This document shows positions 29,625-40,901 of a DNA stretch of 62,331 nucleotides, in pieces (the stretch's first letter is position 1; every line of letters starts with the position of its first letter). This DNA comes from Acetomicrobium sp. UBA3949 (GTDB lineage: Bacteria > Synergistota > Synergistia > Synergistales > Acetomicrobiaceae). The notes beneath the pieces were generated by a model. That model was given only the letters and a program-made list of their open reading frames with translations. It ran no database searches and was not told the origin of the DNA. The stretch lies in NCBI GenBank assembly GCA_002385485.1, contig DGDP01000096.1, positions 569 to 62,899 of the forward strand, written 5' to 3'. The translations under genes were made by a program, and so were the position numbers.

Positions 29625-31433
29625 CTACTCCTCCCTGCCAAGATATGCCTCGATGACTCTGGAGTTGTTGTAAATATCCTGTGGTCTTCCCTCTGCTATT
29701 TTTATGCCCATGTCCATTGCAACTACCCAATGTGAGATACCCATGACCAAGTTCATGTCATGTTCAATGAGCAAAATAGAGAGATCCATCTCGTCCAAAA
29801 GGTTTTCAAGAAATATCATGAGGTCTTCCGTCTCTTTGTCGTTTAGGCCCGAGGACGGTTCGTCGAGGATGAGCAACTTTGGCGAAGAGGAAAGAGCTCT
29901 GGCCAACTCCAGGAGCTTTTGCTTACCGTAAGGAAGATTTTTGGCAAGTTCGTCGGAAAGGCCGGCAAGCCCTGTCTTATCAAGCCAATACATGGCAGTT
30001 TCTATGGCCCACTTTTCTTCCAATATTTGGGATTCCGTTCTCATGATCGAAGAAAAGACGTAAGAACTCATTCTATGATGAAGACCGGCCATTACATTTT
30101 CAACGCATGTAAGGCCTGGAAAAAGGCGTATGTTTTGAAATGTTCTTGCAATACCAAGACTCGCTACTTTGTGGGGCTTAAATCCGGTAATATCTTTGCC
30201 TTCGAAGTATACTTTTCCGGAGACGGGTTTATATATGCCGGTTACGACATTAAACACAGTAGTCTTTCCTGCACCGTTGGGACCTATTATACTAGTTATC
30301 TTTCCATGGCCCACAACCAAATCTAAGTCTTTTACAGCAATGAGGCCTCCGAATTTCATGGTAAGCATGTCGGTTACCAAGATATGTTTTTCAAACGAGC
30401 TAGCTTCTCCGTTAACCGATTGTCTCGCCGTTGTCCTAGTTTGGTCGACGGCAACAGGTCTTACCCTTTCTTCGGTTTCTTCTGCCGATCTGACGTTTGG
30501 TATCGCAATTTCCCTCTTACGTGGCCAAAGCCCACCGGGTCGAAAAATCATGGCTAAAACCAAAGCGCCTCCAAAAAAGAGCATTCTGTAGTTTGCCACT
30601 ACCCTGAATATTTCAGGAAACACTGTGATAATACCTGCTCCTAGTATTGAACCGGGAATAGAACCCAACCCCCCCAACATGACTATGCAAAATAGCATGG
30701 AGGATTCCATAAAAGTAAAAGTGTCGGGAGAAACAATCATTAATTTGCTAGCGTAGATGTTGCCTGCAACCCCTGCCAGGGCAGCCCCCAAGACAAAGGA
30801 GAGCAGTTTGAAGTGCCTGACATCTATACCGCTCATTTCGGCAGCTATTTCATCTTCCCTAAGGTAGTTCCAGGCCCTCCCTATGCGAGAACGTTGCAAC
30901 CTGACCAAGCCTAAAATTACTATAGCAAGTATGATCCAAACGTAAAAATAAAACCTAATAGATGTATCTATTGCAAACAACCCGAAGGAGGGTCTGCCTA
31001 TTCCAGTGATCCCATTTGGTCCTCCCGTAAGTCCAAAGGGATTGTTTATCAAAGCCAGCCTGACGATTTCGCCAATTCCTATCGTAACTATACATAAATA
31101 GTCTCCCCTCAAGTGTATTATGGGAGAAGTCACAATATAGGCAAAAATACCTGCACATAGGGCACTTAAGGGTATTAACCATACGATTGGTATACCATAT
31201 AAAGTATTTAAAATAGCAGTAATATAAGCACCAATGGCATAAAAAGCGGCATGACCAAGGTCAAATAATCCCGTTTCCCCCAGTACTATGTTCAAACTCA
31301 AACCGAGCAAGGCGTATACCCCAAAGAAAAAGGCGACATCAATCCAATAAAAATTTGAAAAAAAGGGAAATGCCAAAAAAAGGGCGATGACCATCCCTAA
31401 TATCAATTGAGATCTCTTATGTCTTTTATTCAT
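29625..31433 (-). CDS. Fused LivM-like permease and LivG-like ATPase
   Basis: N-terminal LRGDYL..VT.G.GE membrane domain; C-terminal GPNGAGKTT, ARTFQNIRLF, LPYG and LDEP. Confidence 0.88.
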   Translation of the reverse strand: MNKRHKRSQLILGMVIALFLAFPFFSNFYWIDVAFFFGVYALLGLSLNIVLGETGLFDLGHAAFYAIGAYITAILNTLYGIPIVWLIPLSALCAGIFAYIVTSPIIHLRGDYLCIVTIGIGEIVRLALINNPFGLTGGPNGITGIGRPSFGLFAIDTSIRFYFYVWIILAIVILGLVRLQRSRIGRAWNYLREDEIAAEMSGIDVRHFKLLSFVLGAALAGVAGNIYASKLMIVSPDTFTFMESSMLFCIVMLGGLGSIPGSILGAGIITVFPEIFRVVANYRMLFFGGALVLAMIFRPGGLWPRKREIAIPNVRSAEETEERVRPVAVDQTRTTARQSVNGEASSFEKHILVTDMLTMKFGGLIAVKDLDLVVGHGKITSIIGPNGAGKTTVFNVVTGIYKPVSGKVYFEGKDITGFKPHKVASLGIARTFQNIRLFPGLTCVENVMAGLHHRMSSYVFSSIMRTESQILEEKWAIETAMYWLDKTGLAGLSDELAKNLPYGKQKLLELARALSSSPKLLILDEPSSGLNDKETEDLMIFLENLLDEMDLSILLIEHDMNLVMGISHWVVAMDMGIKIAEGRPQDIYNNSRVIEAYLGREE

Positions 31434-31436
31434 CTG

Positions 31437-32348
31437 TTACACCTTTTCCGCAACTTTTTCGCCTATCAATCCGGTAGGCCTGAAGATCAATATCAATATG
31501 AGTATTAAAAAGGTAAACACATCTTTCCACGCGCTTGATATGTAGGCTGCTCCAAACATCTCTACCAAACCAAGGAGCAATCCGCCAAGCATTGCCGCCG
31601 GTATATTACCTATCCCTCCCAAAATAGTTGCAGTGAAGGCTTTAAGACCGTAGTTCCACCCCATGACGAAAGAGATCTGGCGATAGTACATGCCGTTCAT
31701 CACTCCTGCCATGCCACCCAAGGCAGGGCCCAGAAAGAATATAAATAGAGTGATCTTCCCCACATCAATGCCCAACATGGTTGCCATCTCCTTGTCCAAA
31801 GCTGTAGCCCTAATGGCGGCACCAAAGGTTGTTTTTTGGACGACGTAATATAAAATCAGCATCAATACAAAGGATAGGATCAATATGAACAGTTGCATTG
31901 ACGTAATATGAAACCACCCCAAAGAGATGGTATAGGTGGGAACGACGGAAGCGGGATAAGCTTGATACCTGGGCCCCCATACAGCCATTATCAAATTTTC
32001 AAGGAATATGGAAACACCCAAAGCCGAGACAACTAGCGGCAATCTTCCCGATTTTTGAACAGGCCTGTAGGCCACTCTCTCCATCAATACGCCTACACAA
32101 CCTACGGCGAAAAAAGCAAAAAGCAGGGCCGCAGCCATGCCTCCCCACAAACCAAACCTCTGGCTTACGGCCCCGGCACTCCAAACCAAAAGAGTATAGC
32201 CCAAGTAACTCCCTAAGGCGAATAAATCACCGTGGGCAAAGTTTATTAATTTCATCACTCCATATACCATGGAATATCCAAGCGCGATGAGGGCATAAAA
32301 TGAACCTATAGTCAGTCCGTTAAGTAACTGTTCCAGGATTATCGACAA
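31437..32348 (-). CDS. livH: Branched-chain amino acid ABC transporter permease (LivH-like)
   Basis: YALIALGYSMVYG...INFAHG and KAFTATILGGIG motifs. Confidence 0.88.
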   Translation of the reverse strand: MSIILEQLLNGLTIGSFYALIALGYSMVYGVMKLINFAHGDLFALGSYLGYTLLVWSAGAVSQRFGLWGGMAAALLFAFFAVGCVGVLMERVAYRPVQKSGRLPLVVSALGVSIFLENLIMAVWGPRYQAYPASVVPTYTISLGWFHITSMQLFILILSFVLMLILYYVVQKTTFGAAIRATALDKEMATMLGIDVGKITLFIFFLGPALGGMAGVMNGMYYRQISFVMGWNYGLKAFTATILGGIGNIPAAMLGGLLLGLVEMFGAAYISSAWKDVFTFLILILILIFRPTGLIGEKVAEKV

Positions 32349-32375
32349 GACGAGCCCCTTCTTTCCTGATCAGTT

Positions 32376-33530
32376 TTATGGTTGATAAACCACCATGTCT
32401 CCCTCTCCGGTCACCACATACATCTTATAAATTATCCCCTTTCTATCCCCGCGTTCCGTGAAGGCAATACTTCCGGTTATCCCCTCGCAGCCTTCCATAC
32501 CGGTTCTCAGTACCTCCAACATTGCCTCGGTATCGGTCGAACCTGCCTTATCAATCGCCCAGGTAAGGGCAATAAGGGCATCAGCAGCGTATACAGGCCA
32601 CGGACTAGTCGGTACGGTGTTATGCCTTTGTCTGTAAAGTTCCAGGAACCGCTTTGCTTTTGGAGTATCCAAATCTGTAGGCATGGGTTCTTGCGTCATC
32701 AGGCAACCTTTTGCGTATTCTATGCCCGCTATTTTAACAAAATCTTCATTAATGGCTGCGTTTCCTCCGACGAAGGGACACTTTATTCCCAATTCTCGTC
32801 CCTGACGCACCAGCAGGCCGGCCTCGGGAAAGTATCCGGTAAAATACCATACATCGGGATTAGTCTCGCGGAGTTTCGTTAATATGGGCGTAAAATCTTT
32901 TTCGCCTGGTGTTATGGCATCATAGAAAACGAGTTCGGCTACTCCGGCATCCAGGTATTCTTGAAGAGCCTTCCTAGCTTCTTCGGCAACTCCCAAGGCA
33001 AAGGTCGTATTGTCATGCATGATGGCTATACGACGCGCCTTCATCGTCCCTACTGCATATTCGCTAAAGAACTGACCCTGAGTGTCATCACGTCCGCAGG
33101 TTCTGAAGAAGTATTTACGTTCTTTGGCCATTGTCAGCTTAACGGCAGTGCTTCCATAACCTATATCGATCATCTTGCTTGCCTCGTAAATATCGGCAGC
33201 CGGTTCGTTCACGGAAGAACCGTAAGTACCGATAACCGCTGCAACCCGTTGGGAAACTAACCTTTGAGCCGCCAATGCGCTGTCTCTGGGATTAGAAGCA
33301 TCATCGGCTACCACAATCTCAATCTTCCGCCCTCCGAGGATACCCCCCTGCTCTTGGATCATCTGAAGGGCTACTTCAACTGAATTTTTGGCCATTTCTC
33401 CTTCGTATGCCCACTGACCCGTTATAGGCGCTTGTAACCCTACCTTTATGGGCTTCTCCTCGGCTGCAACAGCTCCCGCAGAAAGCACGAACAGAAAAAC
33501 TATAAACAGACAAAACCACACCTTTTTCAT
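32376..33530 (-). CDS. HAAT (LivJ/K-like) substrate-binding protein
   Basis: Signal peptide, APITG, GGILGG and FFRTCGRDD; first gene of the liv cluster. Confidence 0.85.
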   Translation of the reverse strand: MKKVWFCLFIVFLFVLSAGAVAAEEKPIKVGLQAPITGQWAYEGEMAKNSVEVALQMIQEQGGILGGRKIEIVVADDASNPRDSALAAQRLVSQRVAAVIGTYGSSVNEPAADIYEASKMIDIGYGSTAVKLTMAKERKYFFRTCGRDDTQGQFFSEYAVGTMKARRIAIMHDNTTFALGVAEEARKALQEYLDAGVAELVFYDAITPGEKDFTPILTKLRETNPDVWYFTGYFPEAGLLVRQGRELGIKCPFVGGNAAINEDFVKIAGIEYAKGCLMTQEPMPTDLDTPKAKRFLELYRQRHNTVPTSPWPVYAADALIALTWAIDKAGSTDTEAMLEVLRTGMEGCEGITGSIAFTERGDRKGIIYKMYVVTGEGDMVVYQP

Positions 33531-33685
33531 TTTCCCCTCTCCTCCTTTTGGTTGTGTTCTTTATTATATTACTATGGATTTTGATTTGTTTACAAGCGAG
33601 TTGTAGTAATTATACAACATACTCTTCGCCAAACAAAAGACATGAACTCAAAACCAATTAGAGGAAAGGGGTTCAGGTGCAGTTT

Positions 33686-34894
33686 TTATGCTAAACTAAA
33701 TTCTCTGGCGACTGCTCTAACAGCTTTCTCTGCATCATATTTGGGAACCAATGTGGATATTTTGATCTCGGATGTGCTGGTGCCAAGCAATTTTACGCCT
33801 TCTTTATTAAGGGCCGCAAAGAATCTTGCCGCAACACCGGGTGCTGACTCCATGCCTACGCCTACCGCCGTTATCTTTGCAACTTCGTCATCTTCTATGA
33901 GCCTATGTTCGCCGTATTGAGATAAGACCTCTTCAACTACCTCCCTGACCCTTTCGCTTGCCCCCTCAACGACAGTAAACGTCAGATAGGTGTATCCGTT
34001 GTCCTTCACTATGGAGATCATGTCCAAGTTGATATTATTTGAAGCTAATGCTTCAAATAGATGAACTTGAGCCCTTTGTCCACCCGACATCGGGCTGATC
34101 GTGAACTTGCGTTGGTTTTTGTCCATCGTCACTCCCATTACTACAGGTTGTTCCAGCCATTCCGGCAAAGCATTCACCACGTAAGTCCCCCTCTCTTCTG
34201 AAAATGTTGAAGCACAGTATAGTGCCACGTTAAACTTCTTCGCTATCTCTACGGCCCTGGAATGAACGACCTTTGCCCCCATGGATGCGAGCTCCATGAG
34301 CTCGTCGTACGTTATATATTCGTGCTTTTTAGCAGAAGGAATAATCTTGGGATCGCAGGCAAAGACTCCGGCTACGTCGCTGTAAATCTCGCATTTAGTG
34401 TTCAGCTTCGCTGCTATTGCAACGGCAGACGTGTCTGAACCACCCCGTCCCAGCGTCGTGATGTCCTTCAAATTGGTTATTCCCTGAAAACCGGTGACGA
34501 CGATAACATCGTTAGTCTGAAATTCATCGAGCAACCGTTCGGCGTTTATGTCGATTATGCGAGCGTTGTTGAAATCGGAGGTGGTGACCATCTCGAGCTG
34601 AAAGGCGTTGAAGGACACAGAGGGCACGCCGATGTCATTGAGCGCGATGGAAAGTAAAGCCGCTGTAACCTGTTCGCCGGTAGAAAGTAACATGTCAAGC
34701 TCACGCGGCTTAGGTGAGTCGCTAACTTTTTTTGCCAAGGCGATCAGTTCGTCAGTAGTCTTTCCCATGGCCGAGACCACGACACATACTTTTTCTCCTT
34801 CCTCAACGTTCTTTTTTATCTTCTCTGCGATCTTTTTGATCTTTTCAGGCGTCGCAACCGATGAACCTCCGTATTTTTGTACGATCAAGGACAT
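33686..34894 (-). CDS. lysC: Aspartokinase
   Basis: VQKYGGSSV, VVSAMG and TTLGRGGSD motifs; C-terminal ACT domain STSEIKIS. Confidence 0.92.
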   Translation of the reverse strand: MSLIVQKYGGSSVATPEKIKKIAEKIKKNVEEGEKVCVVVSAMGKTTDELIALAKKVSDSPKPRELDMLLSTGEQVTAALLSIALNDIGVPSVSFNAFQLEMVTTSDFNNARIIDINAERLLDEFQTNDVIVVTGFQGITNLKDITTLGRGGSDTSAVAIAAKLNTKCEIYSDVAGVFACDPKIIPSAKKHEYITYDELMELASMGAKVVHSRAVEIAKKFNVALYCASTFSEERGTYVVNALPEWLEQPVVMGVTMDKNQRKFTISPMSGGQRAQVHLFEALASNNINLDMISIVKDNGYTYLTFTVVEGASERVREVVEEVLSQYGEHRLIEDDEVAKITAVGVGMESAPGVAARFFAALNKEGVKLLGTSTSEIKISTLVPKYDAEKAVRAVAREFSLA

Positions 34895-34917
34895 ATCCCT
34901 CCATTAATTTGTCGTTG

Positions 34918-37135
<2,218 letters not shown>

Positions 37136-37160
37136 GTCTATCCCTCCTATATTTGGATAT

Positions 37161-37428
37161 AAAAAAGCTCGTCCCAAAAAACTGGGACGAGCCATAATAC
37201 CCGCGGTACCACCCATCTTGAACACCTCTGCTATATGGACAAAGATGTTCCTCTCTTTAGCCCTTTAACGGAGGCAACCCGGGCATGTACTTCGGCCACA
37301 TAACGCCTTTCCATGCCAGCTACCGCAAGCTTTGGGCCTTACGGTGCATCAAGAGCGCCTCTCAGCTCGTTAAACGCTCCTCTCTGTTGATGCCTGAACC
37401 CTCCAGCCTCTTGCGTCATCGCCGTTAC
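37161..37428 (-). ncRNA. T-box riboswitch leader with Lys (AAA/AAG) specifier and terminator
   Basis: GCGATGA motif, CAGAGA bulge, GCTGAGA distal loop, T-box AAGATGGGTGGTACCGCG, antiterminator partner CGTCCC and terminator GCTCGTCCCA...TGGGACGAGC-T6. Confidence 0.88.
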
Positions 37429-37452
37429 CATATTAAAAAATGAGTTGCATGA

Positions 37453-37481
37453 ATCTTACAAGGATATTTTTAATTTGTCAA
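37453..37481 (-). promoter_or_regulatory. Sigma70-type promoter for the T-box/dap operon
   Basis: TTGACA-17 nt-TAAGAT. Confidence 0.7.
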
Positions 37482-37487
37482 TGGGTC

Positions 37488-37901
37488 TTACTCGCTTTTT
37501 GCACGTTCCAATCTTGTCCTTGCCCGCTTGCCGTCAGGATCTCCAAACCACGGCACTATGCAGAGGAACCTAAAGGGTTTGTCCGAGGCGTTTCCGTAGG
37601 AATGAGAAACGTTAGGTGGCACGAAAGCCCAGGACTTTTCGGGCAGGTCCCACGTCACTCCTTCTATGATGACCTGACCGTGTCCTTCCAGGGTGATCAG
37701 GTAGTGCGGCCATTCGTGTTGGTGTTCGGAGATCATCCTGTTTGGCGGAAGGGTAAAGAAACGGACGACGTAATCGTCGAAGAAGCGTCCGGGGCCGAAG
37801 ACTATTCGTTTCACCACCCCTTCCCCGAGTGAAAAGGCCTTAAGCTCAAGGAGGTCTTCCAGCTTTCCCGCCAAAGGCTCTCTTAAATCTTCATCCGTCA
37901 T
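37488..37901 (-). CDS. Cupin domain protein
   Basis: HQHEWPH...G.G...VPPNVSHSY.N...FLCIVP; ATGA overlap with the upstream oxidoreductase. Confidence 0.85.
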   Translation of the reverse strand: MTDEDLREPLAGKLEDLLELKAFSLGEGVVKRIVFGPGRFFDDYVVRFFTLPPNRMISEHQHEWPHYLITLEGHGQVIIEGVTWDLPEKSWAFVPPNVSHSYGNASDKPFRFLCIVPWFGDPDGKRARTRLERAKSE

Positions 37902-40693
37902 TTTCTAGCCTCCTCCAAAGCTTTTAGTATCCTATCCGGAGTTGCAGGAATCGTCTTAAGCCTGATGCCGCAGGCGTTGTGTATCGCATTTATTATAGCT
38001 GCATGAGGTGCCGAAAGGGGAACCTCTCCAGTGCCGGAAGCGCCAAAGGGACCGAACTCCCTGGGAGATTCCATGTGTATCAGGCGGATATTGTCGGGTA
38101 TATCCTTGATGTAAGGAAACCCGCAAGCTAATAGGTTGTTGTGCTTTTTTACGTCCTCGAAGTTTTCCTTCAATGCAAACCCTATGCCCTGAGCGATGCC
38201 TCCGTAAAGTTGTCCCTCTACAACGGCGTAGTTATTGATCTTTCCCACGTCACATGCCAGCGTCATGCGATCGACGGTCGTCTCTCCTGTCGTTACGTCC
38301 ACGGATACCTCTGCTAAAAAGAGGCCGAACATGTGATTGGCAAAGGGATAGCCCTGTCCCGTCTCGTCGTCCATGCCCGTGCAGTGTTGAACCTCACCAT
38401 TTACGTTTCGCAAGGTAGCTTTATAGTAGCCCTCGTAGTAAGTGGGTATGCCTTCGGCGATCATCTCGTCGTAAGTCCTGTACGTGCCGTCGGGCTTTCG
38501 CATGGCGTCAAGCAGTTTTCGGCAGCTGTCCATGATGGCCATCCCGACCATGACTTGAGAACGACTTGCAGCCGCTGCCCCACTGTTGGGCGCTTTGGCA
38601 GTATCGTTACAGACAAGCTTTATTTGATCAGGCCTTAAGCCCAATGGCTTTAGCGCCTCGTGTGCCGTGCCGACACAACCCATGTCTGCTCCCTGTCCGT
38701 GATCTTCCCATGTGTTGTAAAGTATGACTCCGTCTTTGGTAAGCTCGATGTGGCTGTTTGCCTCATCGGGGCCGTCGTCGTTTGAGTTGTAAATCCCTAT
38801 GGCAACGCCCACGCCATGCTTTATCTTATCGGTTGACAGGGCGGCAGCTCGCTTTTTAGCCTCTTCGTAAAGTGGCCGTATATGGGTGACCATTGCCTGA
38901 AGCGGATAAACTTCCGGCCTTTGACCGCTCGGTAAGGTATCGCCAGGCTGGATTAAGTTCTTCTCGCGGAAATCCAAGGGGTCCATGCCGACCTTTTCAG
39001 CCAACATGTCTATGGCAAGCTCTCCTCCAAAGTAGGTTTGAGGTCCGCCGTAACATCTAAAAGCCGTGCACCATTTGTGGTTGGTAAATACGGTGTAACC
39101 GCATCCGCGGATATTGTTTACTCTATATGGGGCAAGCATGAACTGTCCGCCCTTGTTGGTTAAGTCTTGGCTGGATTCGGAATATGGTCCATGGTCTACG
39201 TACCAGGTATGCTCTAAGCCTATCAGCTTGCCATTTTCGTCAGCTCCAACGCGAATCCTCATCAAGAAGGGCGACCTCTTGGGCGTGCGAACGATGTGTT
39301 CTTTCATATCGAGCCTCATGTAAACGGGCCTTCCCGTGGCAATTACACAGGCGCCAATTAAGTGTTCGTTCGTGGGGCCGACCTTGTAGCCGAACGTGGC
39401 ACCCATGTTATTTTGTATGACGCGTATCTTTGAAGGCGGTAATCCTAAACCGCGGGCAATCATGAGTTGATGGCGGTACACGCAGATGCTTTTAGTCTGA
39501 AGCGTAAGACGGCCTTCTTCGTCGAAATAGCCAAATCCGCAATCGGTCTCTATCGTCAAATGAGGTTGCCTCGAACTGTAAAATTCGTCTTCAACTACGT
39601 AGGGAGCTTTGTCCAAGTCTTCCTTTGGATCGTTGCCCTTCTTTATGGGCCTCTTGTTGAACACGTTTGGTATTCCGTCTATATCGGGTATATCCTCATG
39701 CACCTTTACTGCCCCTGGTACCATGGCGTCTTTGACGTTTAAAAGCGCTGGGAGCTCTTCGATTTCTACCTTCACGGCATCTGCAGCGGCCCTTGCGTGC
39801 TCTTCCGTGTCGGCACACACTATGGCGACTGCCTCTCCCCACTGGCGGATCTTGTCTCCTTCCTCTACGAGGATTCGACGTTCCCATCCGTTGGTCGTGG
39901 CGGTCTTAGATCCCACCTGACCCCTTATTCTGTTCGTGCCCTTATTTGCGTAGATGTCCGCTGCCGTCACGATCTTATATACACCGGGCATCTTTTCTGC
40001 CTCGAGGAAATCTATCTTTTTGACTATGGCATGATGGGTCTCAGGACATACGCAGGCAGCAAAAAGCGTCTCGTCAGGTAACTTTAGCGCTACGTCGTCG
40101 CCGAAGTCCCACGTGCCGGTTGCCTTATATACCGCGCTTGGCCTCGGGTAATGGCTTCCCCATATTTTTCCGTCTCGAGTCAGTTCCGAGAAATCCGTCA
40201 TCTCCTCTTCGCCGCGCAAGACTTTAGCGGCAAGCATGACGGCATCTACGATCTGAACGTAACCGGTGCATCTGCAGGCATTTCGGTTCTTCTGGAACCA
40301 ATCTCGTACCTCTTCGCGGGTAGGATTTGGGTTTTCGTCGAGCAAGGCCTTGGAGCTCATAATAAATCCTGGCGTGCAAAAACCGCACTGTATAGCTCCC
40401 GTCTTTACGTAAGCCCACTGAAGTGCGTGAAGCTTGCCGGGCCTTCCTAAGCCTTCAATGGTGAGAATTTCAGCGTCTTCTGGTACCTTATCCCATCTTA
40501 CGATGCAGGAACGCACGAGCTTGCCGTTCATTATGACCTCGCATGCTCCGCATTGTCCCGATCCGCATCCGAGTTTTGTTCCCGTTAGCCCGAGTTGTTT
40601 TCGAATTATGTTGACCAGCATTGCGTCAGGTGAGGCAACTACGTGGTGAGGACATCCGTTGACCTTGATGCTTTTCCTTAAATACTGTTTCAT
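37898..40693 (-). CDS. Single-chain molybdopterin aldehyde oxidoreductase (Mop-type, xanthine oxidase family; two 2Fe-2S plus Moco domains)
   Basis: GTKLGCGSGQCGAC, QCGFCTPG, CRCTGY, GATFGYK, AFRxYG, WEDHGQG and catalytic GE(V)PL motifs; no FAD domain. Confidence 0.9.
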   Translation of the reverse strand: MKQYLRKSIKVNGCPHHVVASPDAMLVNIIRKQLGLTGTKLGCGSGQCGACEVIMNGKLVRSCIVRWDKVPEDAEILTIEGLGRPGKLHALQWAYVKTGAIQCGFCTPGFIMSSKALLDENPNPTREEVRDWFQKNRNACRCTGYVQIVDAVMLAAKVLRGEEEMTDFSELTRDGKIWGSHYPRPSAVYKATGTWDFGDDVALKLPDETLFAACVCPETHHAIVKKIDFLEAEKMPGVYKIVTAADIYANKGTNRIRGQVGSKTATTNGWERRILVEEGDKIRQWGEAVAIVCADTEEHARAAADAVKVEIEELPALLNVKDAMVPGAVKVHEDIPDIDGIPNVFNKRPIKKGNDPKEDLDKAPYVVEDEFYSSRQPHLTIETDCGFGYFDEEGRLTLQTKSICVYRHQLMIARGLGLPPSKIRVIQNNMGATFGYKVGPTNEHLIGACVIATGRPVYMRLDMKEHIVRTPKRSPFLMRIRVGADENGKLIGLEHTWYVDHGPYSESSQDLTNKGGQFMLAPYRVNNIRGCGYTVFTNHKWCTAFRCYGGPQTYFGGELAIDMLAEKVGMDPLDFREKNLIQPGDTLPSGQRPEVYPLQAMVTHIRPLYEEAKKRAAALSTDKIKHGVGVAIGIYNSNDDGPDEANSHIELTKDGVILYNTWEDHGQGADMGCVGTAHEALKPLGLRPDQIKLVCNDTAKAPNSGAAAASRSQVMVGMAIMDSCRKLLDAMRKPDGTYRTYDEMIAEGIPTYYEGYYKATLRNVNGEVQHCTGMDDETGQGYPFANHMFGLFLAEVSVDVTTGETTVDRMTLACDVGKINNYAVVEGQLYGGIAQGIGFALKENFEDVKKHNNLLACGFPYIKDIPDNIRLIHMESPREFGPFGASGTGEVPLSAPHAAIINAIHNACGIRLKTIPATPDRILKALEEARK

Positions 40694-40826
40694 GGTTTCC
40701 CTCCTCGTTTTTTTCGAACGCCCTAAAGCTCAAATATGGCAAACTTCGACCCGGGTAACCTCCTTTCTTTAAGTTTTTAATTTGCCATACCAGCCTTAAA
40801 GCGTCCATCTAACGCTAAAGGAGGTT

Positions 40827-40862
40827 AAAAAAAGCTGCCTCGCTTAAAGGAGGCAGCTTTTT
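40827..40862 (-). terminator. Attenuator terminator in the oxidoreductase leader
   Basis: AAAAAGCTGCCTC-CTTTAAGC-GAGGCAGCTTTTTTT. Confidence 0.8.
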
Positions 40863-40901
40863 GCTAAAGATAACTTACGGCAGGCGTAAGCTTTCTTTAA
40901 C

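Noticed and set aside
37140-37430. Lysine (L-box) riboswitch expected upstream of dapA/lysC
   Set aside because: No convincing L-box architecture; the leader instead has every T-box hallmark. The ORF-track N-terminal extension of dapA to 37225 is read through this leader and is spurious.
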